A stretch of 64,000 bases of DNA, from the NCBI RefSeq assembly GCF_052425735.1, contig NC_135760.1, positions 18,228,001 to 18,292,000 on the forward strand, given 5' to 3'. This DNA is from Oculina patagonica. Its lineage: Eukaryota. Below, one piece after another: positions 35,263 to 48,015 of this stretch (positions within the stretch are counted from its first letter, which is position 1; each line of letters starts with the position of its first letter). A program made the position numbers and the translations under genes. A model generated the notes under the pieces. The model saw only the letters and a list, made by a program, of their open reading frames with translations, was not told the DNA's origin and did not search any database.

Positions 35263-36072
35263 ACCCAGGATAGGAACATGCTATAAACCTGGTGGATAAC
35301 AGTTACGCATATGCAGCGTACGGACCCTAACTTTTTAATGACTGTTTTTTGGGTTGAAAGTAGAGGATTTGGAAAATTTGAGCGCGCAATGTGTTTGATC
35401 GCTGTGTGAGGATAATCTGTTTGATTGATATTCCAGGTCTGAGCCATTACATAAAAAGATGATCGAAAGGGACCCAGAAGCATTTCTCCAGATTTTCGGT
35501 GCGTCACTATCGATGTAGTTGGAAAGTGTACAGTGGAGATTTGAATTTCTGTAGATTTGTTTGTAAAGTTTATTGCGGATTTGCCTTGGCTCTTTTCTCT
35601 CTCCCATCATCCTCAGCGTCTTATGATTTTCTCATAAGAAAAGACTGCAATCTACTGGGGCGACTCAGGGCCGACTAGCCGAACTTGAGACGCCAATGGT
35701 AACAACTGAGCAATCATAACAGTTCAATTCTCTGTCCACTAGTACAACGAAATCGCCGTTCAATAAATTATCTTGTAGGACAGGAATATAAATATATATT
35801 TCTTTAATTTTGTTTTCGTATAATACAGTCTAAAAATGAAACAGGACGTTTCAGCATTTGTGCTAAAAAACTATTTGTCCGACTATACTACTATGCGCCA
35901 TTTCTAATTTCCACGTGGCTCCTTTAGCCAATCGATCATAATTTTTCATAAAGAATTCTAATCTACCTAACCTTGTTCATTTCAAAACAAGATTGCTTTA
36001 AGGAGCGAAGGCACAGTGAGTTATGTTTTCGGAGACAAAGAAGACATTGTATTTTTGCAAAATCTCTAGTGC

Positions 36073-39000
36073 CTAGTCTCTTCCAACGTTATGTGTTGTT
36101 TGTGGTCGGTCTACTCGGTAAACCTTCTCTGCGAGGCTAAAGAACCCAGTGTACTGCACGTCATCAGGCGTGACGTCATAGTGATAGTGTCCTCCTTCTC
36201 CGTGATCACTGAAACAATGAAAGTGTTCAATGCGCAAGTCCAGGCCCTGAAGAAAAGAAAAGAAATAAAAATTATTACAATGGTGATTTAGTTGACAGTT
36301 CTTATTTCTTGGTCGGTAAACTATTGCTATGTGGCACGACACATCGCTCTTGGGACGGACAAGCTGTTTGTGTTCTTAGCCAAGACACTTATACTCGGTA
36401 TAAATGAATGTTCCTGAATATTGCGAAAGCCTGGCTCAAAAGGAAATAACTGAGACATAAAGTACTTACGGGGTCGTGGCTTTCAAAGACTCCAACACAC
36501 ACTAATGGCGCGCTCATTTCGTAAAATTTCAGCCAGTTGTTCACATCGGTGTCCGTCTTGAGTGGAGTTTCGGAAAAGTCGGGCTGTTAATGCAAAGAAA
36601 CATTTTGATGTATAATAGAAGAAACCCATAAACCACTTATGCGTTTTAATAATGGCCTATAGAAAATAGAAAAAAAAATCTGATTTGATTTAAATCCACT
36701 AAGATTTTATTTAAGGCCTGTTCAAACGGAGACGCAAGCTTTCAAATTGCGTCTACTTGCGGTGCCGTTTGGCTAGGGCTTGCGGGCACTTGCGTTGACT
36801 TACGTTCACTTTGGTGGAGACCAAATTTGTGCGCAAGTCAACGCAAGTTTTTCACCGTTTGGCCACCCAACGCAAGTCAATGCAAGTATTGCTGTTTACT
36901 TAAAGAAATGAACTGCAGCGCGCGCAATAGCATTGAAATGGCTTTTCTGACAACTTGCGTGCACTTGCGATTAAATTTGCGAGTCCGATGGCCACCCAAC
37001 GCAGGTCTGTATGCAAGTTGAACTTGCGAGTATTTGCCAGGGTCGTAACCAGGTATATTTTTTCATTGTTGATCCCAAATTTTAGCTCTAAATTTTGATT
37101 CCTGATCCCCAAAATGTGGCAACATTTGATCCCTGATTCCATTCTGATCCCATCTGATTGGCCGATCCGGATCCCATGACTTGTGACCCGGGATCCCGGG
37201 TCCATGATCCCGATCCCGAGGCTGTGATCCCTGATCCCATATACCTGGTAACGACCCTGATTTGCGACTACTTGCGCCTTCGTTAGGCCTGAGCTAAACA
37301 CGTTAGCGAATGACTTACACACAACAAAAAGTTTAATTTATATCCAGTATTTACCATGACGTGAATCTTGGCCTTGCCTTTTTTTATCACAAATACTCCA
37401 CCCATTCCGACTGGCTGGTCTCCATAACGACTGGCTAGCGTGAGCCGCATGCACTTAATAAAATTCTCTTTCCCAGTCCTCTTGCTGGCGCATACTTTCA
37501 GAACCTGGGGAATAACGCAGAAAAATTAGCAAAATTTAACTCTGCCTTAAAGAACATCGTAGTATCTACAACATCATTACCTATATCATCAAAGCTTGAT
37601 AGAGCGGTTTTCACTCGAGTGTCGAAAGTAAATTGCGTTTGCTTTGGTTTTGCATTACTACGCTTAGTGATCGGCTTAAAAATCTCGCGCCACTTTCTCA
37701 GCCAATCAGAAATAAAACCAAAACCAATCGTGTCTCGCTCGCGCACGTTTTCCCGTGCTTCGTGTCAGCTACATGTATTTGCTTCGAGTTTTGATTGGTT
37801 CACTGGATTGTCTGTGTCCTTTGTGATTGGCCAGAGTAATTACTTTGGTTTTGGTTTTACGACACTCAATTGAAACTGCTCTAAAAAGATATAACTGTTA
37901 CAATGTTTCATACCTTTCCTGGATTTCCATCACTAACAAGGAAATTTCCCAGCAAACCAAATTCTTCACAGTTGTAATGTTCTAAGACACAGGATCCATT
38001 CTGAAATAGAAATAAGTTTACAAACGTCAGCCTCTGGAGTTATTTCCTGGAGACTGCAAAGTAGAACGAGGGGTCGAGTGAAACGATGATAAATTAAAAA
38101 AGACAACTTTGTCCAACTGCACATGTTAATGGTGGATAAACTTACCTCTTTGTTAACTTTGGCAGTCTTTGTTGCAATCACTCCCTTCTGTTCAGAGTTT
38201 GTCACCAAGTTTGCCATCATCTGAAACATATACCAGTATGTTGGTTTTCAGATTAAATCCGTTTTCAACCTAGGTTATTCTGTTTCAACCTGAAGACGAC
38301 ACTCATTTATTCACTTAAAACAATTTAACTCATTTAAAGTAATCCTAATAAATGAATACAATTTGTTTTAAGAGTGTGGTTTTCAGGTTGAGACAGACAA
38401 ACCCTGTTGAAGATTGAAAACGGTTTTAACCTGAAAATGGATTTGACCTACAACATATACATGTACAGCATCCTATCAATGTAACAAAATTAGAAGTTAA
38501 ATATATTTTGAATTTGAATTTAAACAAGAACCCATAACAGTACTACATGTAAATTATTGCTCTTGAAAAGTTACAGATAATGTTGAAGAAATAAACCTAG
38601 ACCTGCAATGCGTGCAGAGAGCTATTTAATCTTCTGATCGAACGAATTAGAACCCCGGGGGGTGGGGGGTACTCCCTATAATGGCCTATACGGGAGGCTC
38701 CCCCCGAAAGGGGTACCTTTTTCAGTCTTCAGGTATATAAAAGGGTAGGGATTTCACAAGTTTAGGTATACGAAAGGGTAGGGAAATCTGTCCTTTAGGT
38801 TTTTTAAAGGGCATTTAATTAAAATATTTCGAACGGATGCAATTTATGGCTGTATTATTTTAATTTATTAAGCGCTACATGAAAATGACAAGAAAACGTC
38901 ATGTTCGAAGTCTATGTCATGTCTTTTGTTTATATGAAAGGGGTACCTTTTTCAGTAAAAAGTATACGAAAAGGGGTACAATTTCTGTCAAAATGGCATA

Positions 39001-41290
39001 TAAAAGAGTAAGGGGTTAGAGCTCGAGGCGGAGTCTCCACATATAAAACATTTTTGAGTCCCCCCCCCCCCCCGGATTAGAACTCAATTACATGCCTGAC
39101 AATGGTACTGTTTGCCTTTTCATTGTTCTGAATATCAGTAGTTTTACCTCACAATTCACTCCAACAAATTTACTGCTACCAGCTCCTGCTCCAATGACAA
39201 ATCCTCCTGGAAGATCTATATTGTTTGCCACATCGTCAAAACTGTACAACTACAAAGATGTTAGAAATATATCATTATCACCTCAGCATGAAGTCTACAT
39301 AATATTTTCTATTTTCGTCTTTGTATGTTACCTATATATAAGGTTCTCTGCATTCATCTCAGTAAACTGAAGATCGCATAAGTCATGCTGAAACAAGCAT
39401 GTTTCAGCAACGTTGTAAGACTTGGAAAGTCTATTGTGTGGTCCCAGAAAATGTCCATACTCCCCCCGCAGAAAGGTTTGGAAATTCTTGGAGTGGGAAG
39501 GGTCTCAAATACCAAAAACGTAAAGGCAATGTATGAAGTTTAATTGGAATTTCGAGAGGAGTGGAGGGGGGGGGGGGTCCTTAGGAAAAATCCCTTCCGT
39601 GGGGGAGGTCTGGATAATTTATGTAACCAAACATTTTAATTATAATGAAATTCAGTTAAATGGATGGATTGAACAATCTTTTATTTACTAACATTATTAT
39701 CACTGTGTGAGTAACCAGTGACTGAACAGTGTGTACCTTAGAAAGATTAGGAAGAGGTATGAGATATGGTGGACCACCAACATCAGCAATTCTGGTTCTC
39801 CCACAAATACCTTTAAATAGACAAATAACAAAAAAAAAAATAATAATAAAAAATTATGATCATGAAAATAGTAAAATAAATGGTAAAATAAATGATGTTT
39901 AATGCTATATTGACATTCATCCAAATGCTATATTGACATTCATCTTTCTAAATTTAATAATGATTTGGGTAGCAAGGATAATTTAATTACCTTGAGCAGC
40001 AAGTGTCCATGGCTTCTCTCTCAAATCAGGACAATCAACCACTTGAACATCAACATTTAAAAAATTCTTGGACAAGCCATCTTGGAGCACTAGATTAATG
40101 CAAACAATTGACAGTAAATCCACAGTATTGACCATGAACAAAGGGGAGTAAGAGGGGAAGGTCTTGATCACTCCCCACATTTTGCACTGTATTCAGTACT
40201 ATTTATACACTTTTTATATATTTTTCTACACTTAGTGCCCAGTAAAGAAATTACCTGCGTACTAAGAACCTGCTGCAATTTTTAGGAGTTTGGCAAAACA
40301 GGTTCTTATATTTTGGGGTACTTACTGGCATTTTTTAGCTTCCCTGTGCAATTTTGATAAAATACAGTTATTGTATTATAAATAAAATAGTTTAACCCCA
40401 CATATAAGAACCTTTTGGGGTATTAAGGAAGCAAATTTCTGCTCATCGGAGGTTCTTGAATTTCTAGGTTCTTATACGCGGGTTTTTACTGTATGTTTTC
40501 TACACTTAGTGGCGCCATCATTAATGACATTAAAAATGACTTCAAAGTGTCATCTGCATCTTCCAAATTGAATCAAATGCTCGAGTATGACTAGGTGGGA
40601 TGTCCTTGCATGGACTACAACATAGAAACATAAATATTGATTAAGAAATTTTTATTTTTCCACACGACCCCATAAACTATAAGCTTAAATATTCATCGTG
40701 TTTAAATAAAGGTTATCTACCGGTATCTACATCATTTTTACAAGAAATGTTTCTTGGCCTGGGTATAAATATTATTATCGTGCATAATTTCACAGTATAT
40801 TGACTGATACTTAGTTAGTCTACTAGGCGTAGGCTGCTTTGGTCTATGACAGATAGGTAATATTGTGTAAGATTGATCATGAGCACCTGAAATTTGTTTA
40901 GTAGAAATTAATATTACCGGTAGTTAATTAGGTTTAATGGATTGTATATTTTTAGATCATATTTTGAAATAAATAAATCAAAATAGTCTCAATGATTGAT
41001 TCTTTATCTTTCTAAGCTCAGTAACCGATCAATAAACGCAAGAATTCTTCATCTTTTAAATAAATGAAGTTCTTATGTTTAATATAAGCTAACATGATCG
41101 CAGCGAATCGACCAACATGCAGTCTATTTCACAAAATATCGATCGTATCACTGATCTAGATCTTTTAAATCTGAAGGGAAACTACATTTTAAGGCTTTTT
41201 TTAAGGCTGTTTGGTATTCACTATACCTTGAACCAACTCTTCCAGTGGCGGTACCAGAAGGTCTCTGCTTTCTACTGGTACATTTTCCAT
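36073..41290 (-). CDS. C11orf54: Ester hydrolase C11orf54 homolog (DUF1907), 9 exons
   Basis: Exons ~41227-41290 (MENVPVES...PPLEELVQ), ~39991-40089 (VQVVDCPDLREKPWTLAA), ~39738-39811 (ICGRTRIADVGGPPYLIP), ~39149-39242 (FVIGAGAG), ~38146-38221, ~37913-37998 (FGLLGNFLVSDG), ~37354-37503 (PVGMGGVFVIKKGKAKIHVM), ~36470-36584 (PDFSETPL..VNNWLKFYEMSAPL) and 36073-36247 (LDLRIEHFHCFSDHGEGGHYHYD...GRD*). The HxH...H zinc ligands are present. Confidence 0.93.
36714..37295. mobile_element. Harbinger-like MITE with a nested CAGGG-ended MITE (37038-37259)
   Basis: Outer element: TAA|GGCCTGTTCAAACGG with ACTTGCG/CGCAAGT repeats. Inner element: TIR CAGGGTCGTAACCAGGTATAT / ATATACCTGGTAACGACCCTG, with a 6-bp duplication ATTTGC and GATCCC repeats. 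Confidence 0.7.
37600..37883. mobile_element. TAGAGC-ended interspersed repeat/MITE; related partial copy at ~62660-62900
   Basis: TAGAGCGGTTTTCA...TGAAACTGCTCTA termini, with internal CCAATCA/TGATTGG motifs shared with 62670-62900 in the opposite orientation. Confidence 0.7.
38654..39075 (+). mobile_element. CCCGG/G-run MITE family, copy 1
   Basis: CCCGGGGG...GTACTCCCTATAATGGCCTATACGGG...CCCCCCGG with perfect 8-bp TSD ATTAGAAC. Closely similar to 55683-56097 and 53556-53962. Confidence 0.85.
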
Positions 41291-41531
41291 CTTTGGTAAA
41301 GTATTTTCTGTCCTTGAGTTTGCTATTTTATTCAGCTGGCATTTGTATTTGAACCGAAGTATTTGACCTGCCAGAGAAAAAGCGAAAACCGTCAGGCGTT
41401 ACTGTCTGTTTGTTTGGACTAGTACCCAGTCTTTCTTGGGTTTGCCGGCCATAAATAAAATTTTCAGATTACTTCTCGATTGAATCTGTTTGACGAAATT
41501 TACCTTCGATTCTGCCCGATTTTGCCCAATA
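41291..41531. promoter_or_regulatory. Putative bidirectional promoter and 5' UTRs between C11orf54 and PGAM5
   Basis: The divergent start codons at 41290 (-) and 41532 (+) are separated by only 241 bp, with no repeats in between. Confidence 0.65.
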
Positions 41532-44500
41532 ATGGCAGCTATACGCAGATTGTCAAGATTCGCGGCAGTTGCTTCTGCAGCAGTGACATTTTCGGGAGCA
41601 TATATCATCTACAACAGTACAAGAAATCCCGCACGTGCGAGCGCCGGTACAACACCCGGCTTCCATAGCTATCCAGAGGAATTTGAAGACCGGCTTCTTT
41701 ATAAACCTTCTGGTCTACGGTGGGATCCAAACTGGGATATGTGCGACAAAGGTACGAAGAAGCCTAAAGAGAAGGTTGACGGTAGGATTGAGGAAGAATC
41801 GAAAGAAATAAAGCCTACAGCTGTACGGCATCTTGTGTTTATCAGACACGGGCAATATTACGAAGACGCCAAAAATGATGATGATAAACGGTTAACTGAG
41901 CTAGGAAGGTATGGAGAAAAGGCTTTTGTATGGAAAAGGGGTTTTATATAGTATATTCTGAAAAATATTCAGCCTTGGCTTTTCAAATGATCCGAAGATG
42001 GAACGGTATCAACTGAACTTCTAGAAACATAGGCACGCTAAGCGTGCAGGAGTTATTTTTTCAATTTATGGGGTGGCTTGGGGTGAAACTGGGTGATTGT
42101 CCTGTTGGGATGGTTTATGCCATGGGTTGAGCTATTTGTGTATGGCGGCCCACGAAGTCACTTTTTGCACAAAATTTGCTTGCAAACAAAATAACTTTTA
42201 CGTGCATTTTGATACATCGGAACTGTTTTATTCAATATGTAAATTTTCATCATTTAATTGAAAAACAAAAACTAATTCAATTATCAAAATGTCACAAAAT
42301 GGCACGTTCTTATTCTGTTTAAGCGGTTATTTTGTTGCTAGCTTTGTTGCAACCGTTACGTGTTACTTTTGTTTGTTACGGAATACTTTTGGCTTTTTGC
42401 CAAACACTGAAACATGATATTGTTGTTTTTCTCACTTTTGTAACATGAGACCTCTGTTTTTTAAAAACCAATGTAACACGATACCCTTGTTTTTCTCGAA
42501 AAAGCCACGATTCCATATAAACTATAGACATTGAACGAAAAGTACTATAATAAACGAAGTAATAAACGCATCAAATCAAAAACCACTTTCTTCGGGAAAG
42601 TTCTTTAAAGCGCAGTACACCTGGAGTATTTGTTTTCTGTCAGAACTGTTCGACAAAGATTTTCGTTCATTCACAACCTAAATTCTATTCAACAAACAAG
42701 AACTAATTGAGTTATCGAATTGTCACGGAATGGCACGCTCGTATTCTGTTTTTGCTCTCGATCGTAGTTGCTTTTAACAGCAAAGTTAATACTTGTACCG
42801 GTTCATTAAATGTTTGAACGAGATGTTTTACAGTTGATTTCAGTTTACTTTGGCCGCCCGCTTTGCGAAGTTTGTTGGGAAATTGGAAACTTTGTTATGA
42901 AGTTGCCAATTACGTTGCTAGTTTGCGAATCAAATTGCGAACTTCGATAAGTTCCCAACTTCGGCCCGACTGAACTTTCGAAGTTTTGGTTGTTGAGGAG
43001 AAACAAGACATGTTGCTCGAAAGTCATGGCGATTTCTGAACTCGAAGATTTTAGAGCTTGTCAAGGAGAGTTGAAGTAGCTTGAAGTGCAAGACAACGTT
43101 TCGCATCAGCGATCACGCAAGTGATTTGGCGATAAATAAATCTTATGCAGGTAGAAATTTGGTCAAATTTTAACTTTTTTGTACGAAAACACATATTTAA
43201 CGATTTCTGTGAGGCATAATCTTCACTGTCTTCAATTTCAAGTCTTCTGCGTTTGTAAACCGGATGAAACTGGATGGTTTATTGATTTTAATCGAAGCCG
43301 ACGCGACGCGACAGACTAATTTGTTCGAGACAACGTGTTTACGGCTCGCTGAACATAAAAGTTTTTTATTTTTATGACATTTGTTTCCAACAGTTTAGCG
43401 TAGAAAGCCCTTTTTGATAACATAATTATAGAAGGTTTTATTAATTTCGGGCCGACGTTGGGAACTTTGTATCGAAGCTCACAATTTGATTCAAAAACTC
43501 GCAACCTATTTGGCAACTTCATAACACTTTCCAATTTCCCAACGAACTTCACAAAGCGGACGGCAAAAGTATTAAATGACCACATTATTCTTCAAATCTG
43601 CTTTGTGCAAATGGAAAGCTAGCCTCTCCAAACGTACGCTCGAATAAGACGAATAACAAGTTAGTGTTGGGCCTTTTGCTCACGGCGTGTGCGTTGTAAG
43701 CAGGCGGGCGTTACGAAAAACGTTTTTAATCCATCGTTAAATCACAACTCACCGATTCCGCCTCCTTCTAATCTAAAAACTTAGAACGAAATTGCTGACT
43801 ACGTCAGATTGCTTCCCCTTTATAAACTGCAATTTTATTGGTTCTGATAGTACCTGAAATCTGATTGGTGTGACAAACACACATACTTCACTGACCCACC
43901 GACTGATTACAAGGACACGACGACTAAAGAGCTATTTTTGAAAAAATAACTCAAAAATTAAACTTGATTGTAAGCCGACCCTCCACAGGGAGCCCAGGCT
44001 CACGCTTTGACAACTCGGTCAGAATGGAGGCGTCAAGATTATAAGGATTTGTATGAAACCACTCTCTGGACCCTCTCCTCCTCAGGAAGCGCTGTTCTTC
44101 TGCAGAGCGAGGCCCATTCTCTTCCCCAGACCCGCCTGTCCCTCTTAGCCGGCGGGGCTTTTGCACAAGGAACACATTTTAAATTTCCTTTCCAGCTAAG
44201 AGGGACTGGTAGCTCTGGGGATGAGAAATGAGCGGAACCCTACTTACCCTACCTCGTCACCAGTTGCCTGTGCTATAGAAAGGAAAATTAAATATTAACT
44301 CACTCACACTCTGTACTTGTTCCTATGTTTACATTCTTCTTTCCACTCCTCCCGGGGAGGGGGAGTGCTCTGCTGGGGTCTAAAAAAAGATATAATTTGA
44401 CATATTTTTCCCAATTTAGCAACCCCATCTCAGCCTAAAAGGCCATAATTAGAACCCCATCACAGACCTGGAAGGTCAAACATTGGACTGGACCTCATCC

Positions 44501-46024
44501 AGCGGCACATACCCATATAGCATAATTATATAAGGTACATGTAGTTCACCCATCCCTAGAAACACCGGTAGACAAGCAGTTGGAATCCCAGTATTAATCC
44601 CACTGGCCACCAAAATTGGGTGGAATTAAGGATATAGCTAGGTCCGCAATGCAATTTACACAGTTCACTCAACACAGTTTTTGAAGAAAAAGTACTGTAG
44701 ACTGAGACTGTTTACAGTCTAAATCAAACATGTTTTTATTTGGATTCAGGCTACAAGCAAACACAACTGGTCAAAGACTCAAAGATTTAAACCTCAAGTA
44801 CACCAAACTAGTCTGCTCAACCTTAATACGAGCTGCTGAAACGGCAGATATCATAGCAAAGTATCTGCCAGATGTGCCAAGGGAGACATGTTGCATGTTA
44901 AGGGAAGGAGCACCTGTTGCTCCTGATCCCCCTTCCTCTTCAACCTGGAAACCAGTTAAAAAGGTCAGTGTAACATGTTCATAATTAATAAAAACCCTGC
45001 CATATTATAAAATGTATACTGTAAACCCCACTCTCTCTCTCTCTGATGGCCCCCCCCCCCCCCCATCTATTCTATAACAAGACAGCTCCACAGAAAGATA
45101 AAATCGTCTTTTTTCTGACTGAAAAGGTTTAGGTTGTGATAAAACAGTAGTCATGATAAATAGTTTATTTATGTTTTTGTCCCTGGCATTCTTCAGAACG
45201 TTTTCCGAGATGGCCCTCGCATTGAAGCTGCCTTCAGAAAATATATCCACAGAGCTGATGCTGATCAAGTAGGGGACAGTGTTGAAATTTATGTGTGCCA
45301 TGCAAATGTCATTAGATATTTTGTCTGCAGGTAAGGATTTGTATAATGTGTAGATAGTGCAATGTACATACCGGTATGTAAACCTTGCTCCAAAGGCAAG
45401 TACAAGATACATAGATTATTTGTGTGGTGCTATTTATGATAAAACAAATTAAGAAAATAAATTACCTTTATTCAGACACAGTAGTATTTAAAGCTAGAAG
45501 CTTTTGGGGCCATTAAGTTCCTGATTGAATTGATTTTTTTGTGAGGAGGAAAACTTGAGAACCCAGAAAAACCCTCCGCGCAAGGACGAGAGCCAAAAAC
45601 AAACTCAACCCACATATGAGGTCAGGTCCAGGATTTGAACCCAGACCACACTGATGGGAGGCGAGTGCTCTCACCACTGCACCATCCCTACTCCCTCCCT
45701 TCCCCTGCTCAATCTCAAGTAGAATAATTCAGCCTCGGCTCTAACCTGGACTGCTTGATCCAGAGTCCATGCAGTCAATCCAGTGTCCAGTCCTAACCAT
45801 TAGCCAACCATGCCTCCCATAAAGTAATTCAAAGTGTAAAAAATATTATTATTCCTGTTTGGTTTGCTGTTTATAGGGTTCTTCAGTTTCCACCAGAAGG
45901 CTGGCTTCGTATGAGCATAGGCCACTGTGGAATCACATGGGTAACAATCAGGCCAAGTGGGAGAGTGAGCCTAAGAAGAATGGGTGACACAGGCCATTTG
46001 CCCCCAGACCAGATGTCAGTATAG
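41532..46024 (+). CDS. PGAM5: Mitochondrial Ser/Thr phosphatase PGAM5, 4 exons
   Basis: Exons 41532-41908 (N-terminal hydrophobic anchor, [23 protein letters not shown]), 44750-44963 ([20 protein letters not shown]), 45197-45330 ([29 protein letters not shown]) and 45877-46024 ([11 protein letters not shown]...[15 protein letters not shown]). All phases are consistent. Confidence 0.96.
42846..43571. mobile_element. MITE with ~125-bp imperfect TIRs in PGAM5 intron 1
   Basis: 42846-42970 (TACTTTGGCCGCCCGCTTTGCGAAGTTTGTTGGGAAATTGGAAA...) is the reverse complement of ~43447-43571. Confidence 0.75.
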
Positions 46025-46480
46025 GTTATTCAGCAACAGGGTAGCAAGGGGGGGGGGGGGGGGGGTCGTGATCCCATTTCACACACAAATTTTGACCAAA
46101 TTCATATGTCAGGTATACTTGAAACAGCAGATTAAGTCAAAAATTCATGATTCACATCTCTTTTCTAGCTATTTTCACGCATCACGGTCTAATGTTTGCC
46201 CTTATCATGCGTCACACATACCCCTTTGCTACCCTCCAGCAAGTACACATCAGCTGACATGCTGCAAATTCTGTCACAAAATTGTAGCGAGACTGCATCA
46301 AAGTAATTAATAATGATAACATTTAAACATCAGATTTATTATGCACATGTATTAGTAGTCCAGGATTTCATTACCATGTACAGAAACATATTTATTTATA
46401 ATTTATGCACATGCAGTGGATCTGCATTAATTAGACTGCCATTGGATCACCAAAATCTGGATGGATTTCATTTAGGAGAG

Positions 46481-46735
46481 CAATCTCGTTCCCAGAGCCT
46501 GTGTTCCTCTTGACCAGCAGACAGGAAACTCAACGGCTCTGGATGAATCCAAACTGGAACCAGGATTTCCTAGTTCCGGTTTGATTGTGCGCGTGCGCCG
46601 AAGATTGTGGTGAAACGAACAAGTTTTTTGACAGCCAATCAGATTCAGACGCCTTTGTGGTGGCTTTTCAGAATAGCCCAGAGGTCTCGATCCCTGGCGC
46701 AGACCAGAAGGATCACAGCCTCTGGGACGAGATTG
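46481..46735. mobile_element. MITE with 9-bp TSD
   Basis: TIR CAATCTCGTTCCCAGAG / CTCTGGGACGAGATTG; TSD TTAGGAGAG/TTAGGAGGG. Confidence 0.75.
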
Positions 46736-47868
46736 TTAGGAGGGGTATATTAAGCTCAGCTTAGTTCCTTGCCCTCAGGTGGGGGATAGGACCAGTGAAT
46801 GGAGTGTGTTGTATGATGCGAAGTATGGGGATATATTAAAGGGGATGTTAAATAAGAAAATGGGCGAGTCAGCCTTTCTTTGGGCAAAAAAGTAGTAAAT
46901 AAGCGTTACTGAGGTAGTCTAATATTAATAAGTTGACAATGTGTAGTTTTACGGTGAAATAGTTGGTTTGCATAAATTACACATCTTTAAAATTTCCTTA
47001 CATATTTATTTGGTACAATGCAGACTATTTTTCATAATATTTTGTATGTTTCTATATTATTTTAATTTATCACATATTTCATTTTTTGTGGCGACATTTT
47101 CACTGTTGTTAAAATACATATTTATATTTTCGACACGGCCAAGTGCACAAAATAAACTTTTCCTTTTCAAAATTTCCAGTTTTACATGTACATGTAGTGT
47201 TTTTGTGTGATTATTAAACAACGTTTTTTTAGTTAACGAGGTTAAGAAACGATTAACGGTAGTATTTCGGGTTAAAGGGACTATGTCACGGAGATTTCGC
47301 AGAATTTTGGTCTAAACTGTTCTGAAATTAGTGGAAGGCAACCTAACCCATAAAAATTTAAAACAACATCTTTAAACATCTAAACGAAGATATAACCTTA
47401 ATTTGTGGATAGAAATCAGGCTACGGCTATGAATATCGATTTTTTGGAAGACGCTCGAAAACAATTTGAAAACGTTATCAAATTGCAATCCGTTTTAGCC
47501 ATCCGCGCCAAAAGGATGAAGCTTACAAGCGAACGTGGGCGTACTATGCAATAATAATGGTATTTGATGTTAAGCAACATTTTTTGTATTCGGGTTAAAA
47601 GCCGAAGTATTTTAAAAGGTAAATTTTCGGAGAATAAGCGACGATTTACCATTTAACATACAAAAGCACATCGGCTTGATCTAATAAGGTCAGAGAAGCC
47701 CAGTATAAAATTTAATCCATCATTTCTTCATTTATATTGATACACTAATCCCACCCCCTTCCTTTATTTTACAACTATGCTTGTTCAAAAAAGTCACAAT
47801 TCCTTAATAGAATGTCGGTCGTTTCGCCTATAAGTTGTTTCGCCAACAAGTCGATTCGCCTACATGAT

Positions 47869-48015
47869 TAGTCCAGTCCCTGAACTCTCTTCCGCGCGCC
47901 TTTTATAGGGGCTGAACCCAGGCGCGCGAAGAGACAGTCTCTCTCTCCCTCTTCGCGCGCCTGGGTTCAACCCCTATAAAAGGCGCGCGGAAGAGAGAGT
48001 TCAGGGACTGGACTA
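47869..48015. mobile_element. Near-perfect hairpin MITE with 9-bp TSD, nested in a TCGCCTA-repeat element (~47811-48492)
   Basis: ~65-bp arms TAGTCCAGTCCCTGAACTCTCTTCCGCGCGCCTTTTATAGGGG... and their reverse complement; TSD CTACATGAT/CTACACGAT. Confidence 0.85.
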
